Source: Ophelia neglecta (lineage: Eukaryota). From it: 64,000 nucleotides of DNA. The position numbers and the translations under genes are program-made. The DNA lies in the NCBI GenBank assembly GCA_965285935.1, contig OZ260661.1, forward strand, positions 40,610,001-40,674,000, in the 5' to 3' direction. How positions within the stretch are numbered: the stretch's first letter is position 1; each line of letters starts with the position of its first letter. The notes under the pieces were generated by a model, which was not told the DNA's origin, did not search any database, and saw only the letters and a program-made list of their open reading frames with translations. Positions 1 to 60,714 of the stretch are shown piece by piece.

Positions 1-879
1 TGTGGGAATTGATTTTATACCAATTCATCTGAGGAACTTGTAGGTAGGCCATAACCAAGATGTAATTAAAGAACAGATGTGATGGCCAGTTCCCATCATT
101 CAGGCCAACATACTATAAAATGTCTGAAAAGAGTGTAACACGGAATACTACAGAACTTATCAACTGCATTATTTCACCAGATATATTCATGGGAGCTTTC
201 ATTGCTCATTTAGGCAGAGCAGAAGTGTAATGTATCTTTGTGGGGGTTCACAACCCCCCTCCCCCCCCCCCCCCACCACCACCACTACTGCTAACACCCA
301 CAAACTAACCCAGGGGCACAATACCATTGTGACCACTCCACAAGAATTTCCTAGCAATATCTACATGTATTTCACTAGTAACTGTATTTTTGCCATTTGT
401 AAATGATATTATGCTTACTTTTACAGGCAAGAATAGCCTTGAAATTACCGAGCAATCAACAAATACAGGTGATGAACTTATGCCAAAAATAACTGAAATG
501 GCAGGTATTTTTTGTACTCCACATTTGTTAGCAACAATATGACATTGTATACCAGGCAGATTATATTTAAACTACCACTCAAATAGCATTGTCTACTGAC
601 TAAGAAGAGCTGTCACACTGGTACCTCTCACTTTATCCAGTATTAATTGCAAATATTTCTTGGAAAGTAAGGAACAATAACAACTCTTAATTAACTAAAC
701 TATTAAACTAACAAATTTAGTCCTAGTTGTAAATATAACTCATCATTTAATTCAATTCTATAATAATATCTAAATAAAGGACTGCAAAATAAGTTTAAAA
801 TTATGGATAAAATAAGACAAACAGAACAATCAGATGATCACAAGTAGGGGCTGGGTAGCCTTATTTACAGAATGGAGGC

Positions 880-1200
880 CAGCACACAGCGAGGGTGTGG
901 GAAGGATGCTGCCCCCTGTGGGTCAGCACACCGATGGGTGTGGGAAGGATGAGCCCCCTTCGAGGCAAGCCTGCCCGCAGGGTGTGGGAGGGTTATTCCC
1001 CCATTGGGCCAGCCTGCAGGGAGGGTGTGGGAGCGATGCTGCAACCTTTGGCCCAGCGTGCTAGGAGGATGTGGGAAGGATCCCAGCCCACTGGGAGGGT
1101 GTGGAAGAAATGGTGCTCCCTTTGGGCCTAGCACACCGGGAGGGTGTGGGAGGGATGCTGCCCACATTGGGTCAGCCTGCCCATAGGGTGTGGGATGCTG
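880..1200 (+). repeat. GC-rich minisatellite, ~44-bp unit with core GGGTGTGGGAAGGATGCTGCCCC, about 7-8 degenerate copies
   Basis: Core recurs at about 893, 936, 980, 1023, 1069, 1097, 1142 and 1187; explains the four overlapping spurious ORFs here. Confidence 0.85.
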
Positions 1201-1267
1201 CTCACTTTAGACTAATCCCATACCTCCCCTCTACATGAACCTCAAACAGTCTATCTTAAATACATAC

Positions 1268-48395
<47,128 letters not shown>

Positions 48396-51300
48396 CTACT
48401 TGACAATGCAATGCAAAACGCGTTTAGAGTTTAAGGTACACAAAACAATGACAAATAGGAAGTTGGCTGCCTAAAAGGTAATTCAAAATACTCAATTGAA
48501 AGCCACCAGCCAACACACACAGTTAATAATGTTTTTGTATAGTGTACCAGTTACCTGACAATTGTATATTCAGTTCATTTTTCTTCAGTACTCACTTGAC
48601 TGATACAATGATATAAAAATAATGGTTGTGGGAGTGATTGTCATGATTGATCAAAGACAAAAAAACAGCAAAAAGTTGACATGATAGTGCCAAAGAATAA
48701 CACCACCTGCCATGACAAGTAAAAAGTTGAGAGGTGGCATAAATATACTCTTCTTTCTTGACACATACGTGACTGTATAGACAAAGACCATCTTACTCAC
48801 GGATTGTATTCATTGATAAAAAGAATCCAATATAATTTGAATAAGTAATGTATGAAGGGAAGGTGACATCGGTCTGATTGGTCATTGAGGAATGAATAAG
48901 AATCTGGAATGTTTTTGATAAATATAGAAATATATATTATGTTCGGAAGTAAGCCTCATGCAGAATATCCTAATTTATGGCCTAAAACATGGTAATAACA
49001 TTTAAATAGTTAGAAAAAATCAGACATTTTTGGGTGGGCACTTGATGTATCAACACTAGGGGTGGACACTGGCACATGGCAAACTGCATCACTGGAAGTT
49101 TGGTCATTGTTTTTCAAACTGGTATTTCAAAATGTTTTAATTGGATTGATGTACTGCCATTTTCTTTAATAAAGGTACAAAATTGGCATAAAACCTTAAC
49201 AAATGCTTTTATTTTTGCATTGTTCATGATAAATCATCACTGGATAACATAAAAAATGGATTCATTCCCTGCTTGGCTTGGCAGTGTTGGAAATGGGTCG
49301 TTGAAAAAAAATGATGAACAGTTGCCCTCATACAACTGATCCTTGTTTGGAATAATTTGGTGTTAATTCATGAACATCTAAATAGATTTCATTTTATTTT
49401 GGTGTAAGGTAAATTAAGGTGAACATGCCTAGTTTTACTGATACCACATTCCAATGATGTGTTTTGCTTCAACAAACTGCTGAGTTGTGCACCATGAGGG
49501 GTTGGTCGCATTATGAGCATGTCATGCACATGTGTAAGGTAAGATGGGTTTGAACAGTATTGATTTATGATTCTGAACAAAATAGAGGATACAGTTTGAG
49601 CTAATGATGGAATGCTTAATGTAATGGTCTTACAGGATTTGATTCTTCCAACATCTATAATACTACTTTCAAAAGTAGACATTTTTTTCTTATACTACTA
49701 ATAATGGTTTTGGTGAGCAAAGATCAACTTGGATACAACTTTAATAAAGACAATTACAATTGGAATCCATCACCAGGGCAATAATTCCTCAACAAGAGCT
49801 GGAGATAAAAATATAGTGATTAAGAATATGCCTGAGTAGTTGGGTTCCCCGGCAAGGAGTAATTCACCAATGAGACAGATGCGTGTGAATCATACAAGTG
49901 AACCGTAATCCTGAACACCCACAACATTCTGGGCAGAAGATCACACAAAAACTAGCACTTCCATGACAACACCATAATTATAATGGCCGAGTTTTCGCCA
50001 CTGATCCATTAATACCCTAATTTATTGAAAATAAAGCAGCAATGTGAAAACAATCGATATTGAAGCTTCTTCAGAAGCATCACCAGGGTCTGGAGGTGGA
50101 TAGTTCTATGATGCATGGGTTGCTGTGTGCAATACAGGTTGTAACCCATTACTAACCCACCCAATAGGCACAAGGGACCCATGGAAGTTGTCTCCCCATT
50201 ACTTAACGTGAATGTTTTGTGAGTACATATATATATATGGGACAGTGACACTTGGCATACAGAATTAGACTTAAGAATGAAGACACTTCAAGCTGGTCTA
50301 CACTGGTAATGCAGTTTCCAGGGGAACATTTATGGGCAGATTTACCTCAAACAGCATTTACTCGTACAAAAACTCAAGTAACAATAATCAGTAATGGTAC
50401 AATAGCAATATCAGCTTAATGTATACATTGTACACAGGTTAAGTATAAAGTATATAATGTTATGTACAGTAAATGTATACACAAAATCACAACTAAACAG
50501 AACAGTAATGAACAAAATCAAATTTCCAAATCAAAACAATTTTTCATTCCTGAATGTCAATTAAGAGAAAAATTGAATTTAAAAATGTCCTGAACTGAGT
50601 TGAATCTAATAGCTAAGGAACAGACCTAAACTCAATTAATTTTCAAAAGGCAACCCCAACAGTATAACAATCTACTCTCCAACAGGTGTCAGCACCAGAC
50701 TATTAACCACAACACTGAAGTGATGTGACGAGTTGAGCCAGCGTGGCCAAACTAGTTTGTGATATCTGCTTTAATTTTTTTAAATCTGCTGTGTGCACTG
50801 GTTGGCAAACACAATTTAGTCAGCTGATAAACAGTGAAACCTGGAAATAAGGGACACTCGACAATGATTTTGTCCTGAACTTGTAGGCTCCTGTTTTGTC
50901 ATGTTGGCCTGTCAGGCCAATTTCTGGTAACATATTCTGTTAAATAATTTTGCTCAGATTATTATAAATCATAGAAGCGGATTATATTTAGGAATAACAA
51001 TTACAGTGTATGTTCTAGTTAGATAGCATACTTCTGAAGTGTTGTGCACACCTTAGTAGGAGACAAGTCTACAATTTTTCTTAGTTTCAAGTTTGTATGT
51101 CAAATGGTATAGTAGGAAATAGATCATATTAAATATACTTCGTTTTGATGAGCTTCAGATTCCAAACATATATGACAGTTACTCAAGATAATTAGCATGC
51201 TTTGAGGTATACCAATACATCCAACAGTAGTTTGCTCAAACTACTGGAGGCTATAACTGTGCTTATTTTGGTGACCTGTACATGCTGTAGATGTACATAC

Positions 51301-52224
51301 TTTAGTATAACAATTAACATTAATATGTTGGTTCGCAATGGCATGCTTATGTGCCTACTACAGGACTGCTTAGATATATACTCTGTGGTATACAGCAGGG
51401 TTTGCATTTATAGGTGACAGTCCCAATATCCTTTTAACTGGTAAAATTAATAAGGGACCCTGATAATTGATAATATACAATGGTAATTTACATTTGTTTA
51501 AAAATAAAAATTGACACAATGGACAGCACTTTTCCAAGAGGCAGAGGATACCCAGGTATTCAGTATATTGGCTACCCAGTTTGTCATTGGTGCTCTGATT
51601 ACACTGACTTGCCCCTGGTCAGATGTTCTTGAACTGCTGTATTGTAACTAGCTGTGATAACCAATGGTTTTAATGACTTCAAATGAGTACCACTATATTT
51701 ATGACTGGTTGGGTACAGAGGTTGAATATGATCATTGAAATTCAATATATCATGTGCGAAATGAATATATTGAGATTATTTTCAACAGATAATTGTGCTG
51801 ACAAACTTTTTTAACCAATAATTAAATTGCATTTTTCAAGAAGATTTTAATTGAAAGGAAATGATACAGCACATCACAGATAAATAACACACTTAATGAG
51901 TTCAAACTATATTTTTTTTTGGATGGGGGGGGGGGGGAGGGAGGGGAGAGAGAGAGCTTATACACTCCAATTAAGTAAACAAACAACAGAAATGACAAAT
52001 AATTGATCAATCTGCCTTTTCCAGGAACTGTGTATATAAAAAATTTGTGAAAATGCTGCCCAATTATGGGAACATTTGGAAGGATAACTTGGGAGGGATA
52101 GCATGTGGATGAAGAGATGATTTGGATTTGATACCAGGATTATTGGCCTGAGCAGTTGAGTAAGAAGGGCAGGATATTAGGCTTTCAGCGTGTACATGTA
52201 GATCAGCTAATTAACTGTCAGTTA

Positions 52225-52314
52225 ATTTTGAATCCTGATGCCAAGCATGGATTAGTGCTATCAGTTAATAATAACTGATAGCACTAATCCATGCTTGGCA
52301 TCAGGATTCAAAAT
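52225..52314. repeat. Perfect inverted repeat, 43-bp arms with a 4-nt loop
   Basis: ATTTTGAATCCTGATGCCAAGCATGGATTAGTGCTATCAGTTA-ataa-TAACTGATAGCACTAATCCATGCTTGGCATCAGGATTCAAAAT. Confidence 0.95.
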
Positions 52315-55048
52315 GAAAAGTTGTCCTGGATATCACGGGAGCTCTGCTGTTATTCGAGAATGTTATTAAAAGTATTCTGCCATCCACCTACATTGTTCAT
52401 CCATTTTAATGAATCTTGGACATATTATTATGGTAAATATAGTTAGACTAGAGAAACAAGCTAATTTACCTTCCCTGCTGCGTATCAAACAATTCAGCAG
52501 GTTCATGTACATGTACTACATATATCATTATAACTTGCAACTACTAGTTCTCCATTTAACCTTGTAAATCAGGTCAAAGAACAAATCCAGGCCATCAAAA
52601 GAATTCTGTTTCCAGGTTATGGTTAACACATTTCCCAGGGCTACTTTCTACATGACCTACACTGTAAACACGACATTCTGTTACACTTACTACTATTATC
52701 CACCCAACTGACCCAAGAAATCTAAAATATAAGACACCCTGACACTGACACGAGAATCAGTTTAGCTTTGCTGCTTTCTTGGATGGTAGCGCTAAAAAGG
52801 GCAACCCACTAATCCATTACTGTATTGGGTAAGCCTATGTGGGTCTGAATCTCAATGAGGAGAAGAGTCTGTGGTGTCAGACAAACAGTCTATAACCACA
52901 TTGCATGCAAGCCTGGGCTGGATTTGTTGTGACCATGTATCTGCTAAGTGAAAGAGAAGATCACGGCCACTGTGGGCAGGGTAGCGGTCACTGCTGACCA
53001 GACAGAGAGGAGATTCATAGAGTGCTGATAGAGTGGATGTCAGATTGTACCTAAATATTTTACCTTGTCAAGTACAATATTAACATGTCTAAATTAGTCA
53101 AACACCTTTCTCTTAACATTTAGTTTATGCCAAACACTGAGCAATATCCAAAACTTGCTGTTTCTTCCTCCACTTTCTAATAGTAAAGGCATAAAGTTGA
53201 CCTTATCAGCTTACATGTACATTACTATAATGTATATATACAAATGTGACCCAGAAAAAAATGGAAGTGAAACTAACGAAAAGTATTGAATGCTGAGGCT
53301 TCTCTGCTATTATTAACATATACACAAACACGACAAAAAACAACAGGTAATAACATTTTCAACTTGAGGTGTTAATACAGCCAGCATATCAAGGGGAACA
53401 GGTAACAAGAGGAAATCCAGATAACTTATGTAAATCAACAATGCGCCATCATACAAAGTTTTCTATACATGCATAAACTGATACACACATGTTTACATAG
53501 CTAATATTTGAATTACATTTGTACAGAGATAGTGCATTGACATGTAAATGATAAGGCAATCAAAGTTATCACAAATACTGATTTTAAAAGTGGCTCTTAA
53601 ATCAGTGCATGGAAACATATAAAAGTGACCTTGAAAGTAATCTGACAGTATACAGGAAGGTGACACACTAGTTATCATATGTAACTTGACATGATAGTGG
53701 TACTGACCTATTGCACAAACTGAATGCTTCTAACAGTGTAGGCATTACTTATCTGCATTTAAAGATATGAATAAAAATTAAATACCCAATGACTTATTGC
53801 TAATATCTAATCAATGCTAGTCAGTGATTGTTGTATTATTTTTTAAAGACCAAATCTCTTTGCCATCTAAAAGTTGAGGAAATAAAATGTATGATAGACC
53901 CTTAAAATCAGGACTGTCAAGTAATCGCATCCTGGGGTTAATCAAACCAACCTGCACGAGTTTGAAGTTACTTACAAATGGGAAAACCCTTCAAAAAATG
54001 CACTGAGAGAACTTCAAAAATATATCCCTTTTTACAATTCCACATTGTTGATTATGGTGAAAAAACTTTCTTAAGCCAACACATTAAAAACTGATTGCCT
54101 GATACCATGTACATGTAGTAGTCATTCTAAATTATGATATCCGTAGAGAACAAAATTAGTATCATTTAAAGTCTTACCACTTTAAATATATAAGGCATGT
54201 TTTCATAAAATGAGTGGCTATTATTATATAACTACTCCAACATTAACTAATGACACCCAATCAGGCTGAAGCTAATTTTTGGAATCGGAGATAGAACAGA
54301 CTGGCAACTTGCATCAGGGTCCATATCTCTTGCTCCCTGGTAAAACTTATTTCATGGCCAACATCCTATCTCTGTCAGTTACAGCAAAGATATAACCCAT
54401 CTGAAAAGTTCATAATGAGGCTAGCAACTCAAGCACACATTTAAAGCAAATCACCCTCTGATCTTGGGAGAATCATACTCCCTAGTCTTGTAACATGCAC
54501 CAAGGTTCACTTATGGGATTGACTTCTTGTAAGGGGCAACAGAGTAATAATCCATGAATATGATGTACCATTTACCAATGACATGGATGAGATAAACTCT
54601 GGAATATCAAAACATATATCAGCAATACAGGTTTTCTAGTCTTGCATGTCATAGCTCTTTGACAAGAATAGCAAGCAAAGGACACAATTGATTATGGATT
54701 TAAGAATGAGCATTTTGCATAGGAGGGTAACTCAGGCATGGCATAATGTTGATAAGATGTACATGGAAATGTATACATGTACATGTTTGTTGCTGGCAGA
54801 CAGGCCTATTCAGGCTGATAGATGAAAAGGTGAAGTTAGGACTGTATTTTGGTTGTTGGTAGGATGTGACATCATCTTGGCTAGTGTCACAAGGGAAGGG
54901 TTTCTAAGGCATTGTATTTCGAAGAATTTCCCTTTCATTTTTGTAAATAAAGTCCTGCTGAAAGCAGGCTTGCCTTTTTTTCGAAAATTTGATTTATACC
55001 TTTTCAAAATATTATATTGCTTCAATTATTCCAATATACTGTAATATA

Positions 55049-55674
55049 CCGTATCCGAGCGGGTTAGCGCCCAGGGCGTTAAAATTGGCCGAAACGCAAA
55101 ATTGGGGGGTGGGCGCTAACCCAGACATGGGCGTTTAGGGAGCCAAAAACCTTCGGCAGGTGGGTGATAATATGGACTGGGTTGACCATGACAGAATTTT
55201 CTGGAAACGCTGTACTACTGTACACATTGCGCCACCTATCGGAGTGATGTCATAGAATGGTGTCGTGTGCATGGTTTCAACTTGAGTAATACGTCACTGC
55301 TTCTGCCATAAATTGTGATGAAACGCACAAGTTAAAATCACGGAGACCACCTGTTCCATTTGATGAACGAAGTAAACAAGATTTATTGCAGATTGTCAAG
55401 CTGTTATGGATTAGGAGTGGAGGTTATTATGATGGACCCTCATTATCAAAATTTGCTGCCAGAGTTGCGAGTTAGTGAATACTGGTTTTGTCAATTTGTG
55501 CACTCAATTAGTAACATGGAACTCGTAGTCTCGTACTTGATGAAAAATATGAGGGGATAATCAAAGCTCAGATCACGATCTGGGACTGGTTGGGGGTGGG
55601 CGTTTAAGCTAGTTCTGCCCAAAATGGGGGGTGGGCGTTTACACGAACATGGGCGCTAACCCGGTCGGGTACGG
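55049..55674. mobile_element. Non-autonomous Tc1/mariner-superfamily MITE (CCGTA termini), 626 bp
   Basis: TIRs CCGTATCCGAGCGGGTTAGCGCCCA / CCGTACCCGACCGGGTTAGCGCCCA (23/25 identical); TA on both flanks; subterminal GGGGTGGGCG(C/T)T repeats at both ends. Confidence 0.85.
55228..55242 (-). promoter_or_regulatory. CTCF-like motif CCGATAGGTGGCGCA within the MITE
   Basis: Close match to the CTCF core CC(A/G)(C/G)(C/T)AG(G/A)(T/G)GGC(G/A)C; motif match only. Confidence 0.3.
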
Positions 55675-56181
55675 TACAACTTATACATGTACAAGTTAAT
55701 GTATATGCATATATAATATTATTGTCAGGGATTGAACATTCTATTAATTTCTGCTTTTTTTTTCTTTAACTAAGCAATGGCACTTAGCTTGCTAAGAAAT
55801 GTCTTAAAATGTTTTCTCCTGTAACAACTGAGGCTGTTCCTGATTTTCTTTTGTCATCAATCAGGATAGTAGCACTTGCCTTGATTACTGCTTTGCCTCT
55901 ACAGGAGCCACACTGTGACACATATACACAATGTTCAAGGATGATACATGGAATCTGACAGTGGTCCATTTGGCTTCAAGGATATGTTGACAGGCACCAA
56001 CCATTACAGACACTGCAAGATGAGGATTCCACAATCCGCTGCTGCCTTAAATACCATACAAGGCCCAACAAGAGAAATGTCTCCTTTAATACCCATCTGA
56101 CATCATGTATGTGGTATTAATATATATTACTAGCTAGGTTTTTGTTTAATACCCAGTTTATCTTTAAAATGGATGACAAAA

Positions 56182-56414
56182 TAGGGCTGCACCCTGGTCG
56201 ATATCTGATCCTACCAGTATTGCATCAAAATTTAGTTATCAAAATGTACCCCTGTTTTTAGTATATTTTGCTCCATGTTGCCTTTTGGAATGGTTTGCAA
56301 AAAAATATATAGTCCAGCTCTATTACCTTCAAAGGCTACCTTTTAAATGAAAAATCTTAAAAAAGTATCAGTATCCATATCGGACCATTTCAAATCAAAA
56401 GGCATGCAGCCTTA
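56182..56414. mobile_element. Possible degenerate hAT-type MITE
   Basis: TAGGGCTGCA...TGCAGCCTTA termini (9/10); near-identical 8-bp flanks ATGACAAA/ATGTCAAA, offset by 1 nt on the left; internal cgatatc/gtatc subterminal motifs. Confidence 0.38.
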
Positions 56415-59400
56415 ATGTCAAATATCCCCCCTCCCTCCCAACCATTGACAAACAAAGTTTTTGGAGAGATAATGAAACACTGCTTGTTTCAATTCAAAAT
56501 TCTCCTAGAAGTATAAAATGTATACAGTATACAAATATGTAGATATGTCTTAAGCAAACTGAAATATCAATGCCTAAATATATATGACCTGGGTGATTGA
56601 AGGAGAGAGGGAAACCAACTATCTGCAACAGAATCATAAATAACATTATACCAGTGATATAAAGTGGTATATAGTTAAATGTATTGCAGGCATCATTGAG
56701 ACTCCACCTCTTCCACAAAACAAGTATCTAGAGGAATTAGCAATGCCTATGCTGTGACGCATATATTGCACATTTATATTTCTGATCTTAAATAGGAGTT
56801 GCACTGACAAAAGGAAACGACATTCTGATGGGATATTTGTAGTATACTTTAGTTTGACAAATGATTGAGGATGACAAATGACTGAGGCTTCACAGTAGTT
56901 GTTCTGAATACCAACTCCTGCTATTCATTTTAGCAGAGCTGATAGAAACTTACCGAGTACATTAAAGGCTGCCCTTTACTGATCCACAAGTACCAGTCTT
57001 GCAGTTCTCCTGACTTAAATTAAGTCAAAAATCCCATTACTCAGATTCTCACAGAAGCAAATTTCATAAGTGCCACTAATGGAGAGTACCGTATGAGTTT
57101 TTCTTTGAAAAATAATGTACTATAAATGTTGAAATATTCCTGTCATTAAATTTTAGCACATCAAGCCCTATTAAATTGTTACTGTATGTTATTCTTACAG
57201 TAACTGGAAGTCCTGGGAGGCAAAAATAGCATGACATTTTTATAGCACTTTATTATCACTAATCCTTGACCTCATGACACTAAAAAAGTGTATGTGAAAA
57301 TTTCATGTTTTATAACATATTACTGTCTCTTTTATCATGTTAATGTTGGCATACATGTATCTCTGAAAATAATGTCTGCATTTGAAGACATAAGGTGTTA
57401 AACATCAGCATATCTACATTTCCAGGTGTATTTTGCAAGATCTATGAAAAATTAATATTAAACCTGCACAACTTAAAATACCCCTAAAATCAGAATTACA
57501 CAGGATTTGCATGTCTAAGTACTACAAACCTCATTCATTTTACTGTCATAGTATTAGTCTAGCTTAAACAAAGTACACAACCATTTTTTACTTAAAAAAG
57601 CACTGACAGAATCCATATATCAAAATCATTGAACAGCATCCATACATCAAAATCATAGCACGATTAATTAAAGAAACATAACCTATTGGCAGTACATGAT
57701 AGTATTGGTGAAAATTGATGTACATTTGGATACAGCTTCCAGAGAAATCATGACCTCTGACCTTTCGAAATCTGCAAATTCCCATCATTTCCCGGGGGAC
57801 CTCCTCAATTTATTAAATTCCTCTGCATACCTAAAAAAATCTTCACATATTTTGCTTATATTTTATTCTGGAGGCATTTTTTTACCCCACATCACTTTTT
57901 GTCCAAATAGACATTGCAGAGAGGGCTCCAGCTTCATGACCATGGGCTCATACTTGGCAAACCTGCCATATTGACCACCTAATGTATACCTCAAAACGCA
58001 CCCCCCCCCCCCCCACCGCAACGCAATGCTTTTTTGTTGACAGGGTATGTTATTTAATATCATTCATCCAAGAGCATTTCAGGTAGAGAACAGCAACTCT
58101 GGGATATTGTAAACCCATGGTCAGTCAGAGATGTACTGTACCCAAGACTTCCATGCTTTAATCCTTAGGGGCGGGATCAGAGGATGCGAGAAGGAGGTCA
58201 ACATGTTATCATTTATATTTTATGGAAGGTAATGAAGAGTGCAGTACATGTAAAGTGCAAACACTTATCTTGCACCGTGGTCAATTTAGGGGTGATCAAG
58301 CCATATATTAACCTATTAATTGCTCAGATTGAACATAAACTGATGAACTATAAAAGTCCTACAGGCATTGAATGATTCAGAAACTGATAAGATTTTCCAC
58401 TTGTAAGTCTAAATAAATAATACAGTGTCTTGACCCCTGTCATTAATTGTGGATTATTGCCAGTCTCAGACGGTAAAGACACTTGCTGAAATGTTTAATA
58501 CTGTCCAGCCTGGGTCTGATTGGTAATAGGAGGACAGTTCACATTTAAAATTAGTTCGCATTCATAATGTCCATCACAAAGCTCTGCAATATATATCTTA
58601 AATCCTGTTTAAATCCCGCCAAAATCTTCAATGATTTTTTTATAGTATGCAAGTACATTTGTACATATACATGTATAAACTAATGTTCAAGCACTATGGG
58701 AAGCCAGAGTGGTAAATAACCTACAGTAATTCTGTCAGCAGCCGGGAGATTATAGCCAGTAGAGAGACCAATGCATTCATTCATATCACTCAGAAATGAT
58801 TTATAACATCTAAAATTCAATGGAAATTAAAGAGTTATGGTGGTTATATTGTTCACACATTGCCTCTAGAGAAGCAGAAAATCACAGATTATCACAAGAG
58901 ATTGCTCTTCACACTGAAGAGCAATTCTCACTCAGTACTTGAACTTTGTTCCAGGATTTCAGGCCTTGGGCAGGAGAAAACTAGTCTGCTCAATTCCATT
59001 ACAATTTTATGAAGCCCCAGAACCATTTGTCATCCATTACAAATGATAACAAACTAGAAATGGACTCGAAAACACTTTTGGTAGATTAAGGGGGGGGGGG
59101 GGGGGAAATCCTTGAGAAGGATATATTAATAACCACATGTATAAGGAAGACACATTTATGGACTGCTCACATGCTTGACAATGCATGCCAGGCTTAGCGG
59201 CCAGAATTTAGTTACAGATATAAATTACTATTCATATACTGCTTTTATTATAATAAAAATAGTTACAGTGCATTACTATGAACCTCTCACCAGATATCAG
59301 ATTTCACCGCAGAGCCAGTGGAGCAGCGGTGTCTCACTATGAAGTAAAATACAAACAGGAGACTAGCAGTTGTCTCATGTACTCTGTCACTAAATCAGTT

Positions 59401-60289
59401 GTGTGAGGGATAACAGCAAAACTCTAATGATACATATAACAGCTAGCAATTTAAAAAAACAGGTGCTTTATTCCGGGCGCATCCCTTAGGAATTTTAATT
59501 GCCTTAACCTAACAAAACAGATTTTATGTCACCATAAATATTTATAAGAATGTTATATATGTGTATATACATATATATATGTCTATAAGTCACAAGTAGG
59601 TTCAGGAACTAGCCCCTGTCTATAATGATATAAATAAAGCTATCTGGTGATCATGAGAGCTGTGCTGTTATTTAAAATAGAATTGTTTTGAAAAGAAAAC
59701 AACCATCAAGCTACAACTTGTTTAGCATTCCTATCGTGCAATATATTTAAGCAACCACTGATAATTTAATCCATATAATCTAATACAACCTTAAAAAAAG
59801 GGTTTAGGTCATGCTGAACATCACTGTTAGCTTCTCCAGGTATGCTCAACAATCAACAAGATTGTCATGCTAATAAAATAAATAAATCATGCACACCACA
59901 GGCCACCACAGGATGCTAAACATATACTTTCTAAACTCTATCTTTAAAAATTGATCAAGGTCAAAATCAAGGTTCCTAACAGATTTCTTGAATACAAGCT
60001 CCTATTAGTGGCAACACGAATGCCTATCTTGACTTATTTAGTCACCACAAAGCATTGAAAATCTAGTTTTTACCAAGGCCTTGTTTCCTTACATACGACT
60101 TCCAATTAATGTTTGATACATCTGATAGGCTTGTGTTTAGTACATCTGATTGGATTATCTCTCTACATGGCAAGCTGACATAGTAGCAGAATTAGACATT
60201 TGCCTACATGTTTTTGAATAAATAATTTTAACTTCTTGGCCTTTTCCTGAATTTTGGATCAATCTTTTAGTGAAGACATGACTCAGTTT

Positions 60290-60714
60290 CACTTCTGAAA
60301 GCATTTAAAGAAATAAATAACAAAACTCTGGGAGGAGTAACAATCTAAATAATTTTTAATTTCAAAAACTCAAAAAACTAAAAAGGTAATTTTTCAAAAT
60401 TTTGAATTGCTGTATTGGGAAGAATCATGGAAAGAATCCCGATGGTAAATTTTGGAAGATGATGCCATCAGAATTGAGATAGGTGTTGACATTTAGAGAA
60501 AGAACCAAAAAACTACACTCAGTGACAAAAAAAAACATTTACAATTTCAAATCATTAACATGTGGGCTCAATGCTAGGAAACCAAATTTAAACATGATCC
60601 CATAAGTTTTGAGGGAGGAGGCTGACAGAGGCTGTGACACCAAACCCAGTAATACCACCAGCTCAGCTGATGTCTTTGATAGCAGACTGTCAGCAGAGCT
60701 AAAATAACTTTTCT
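60290..60714 (-). mobile_element. Possible degraded Helentron/HINE-like or other non-autonomous DNA element remnant
   Basis: The minus strand begins TTTTAGCTCTGCTGA with a nearby inverted copy (TCAGCTGAGCT), an architecture like HINE 5' ends. The other boundary is approximate. Confidence 0.25.

Noticed and set aside
834-1186. Four overlapping 60-100-aa ORFs
   Set aside because: Artefacts of the GC-rich minisatellite.
53976-54002. 27-nt segment between an AG and gtaagt
   Set aside because: Frame-neutral, but no homology support and compatible with chance.
58901-58925. 11-bp-stem hairpin (also 11460-11486)
   Set aside because: Short enough to arise by chance; terminator logic does not apply to a eukaryotic intron.
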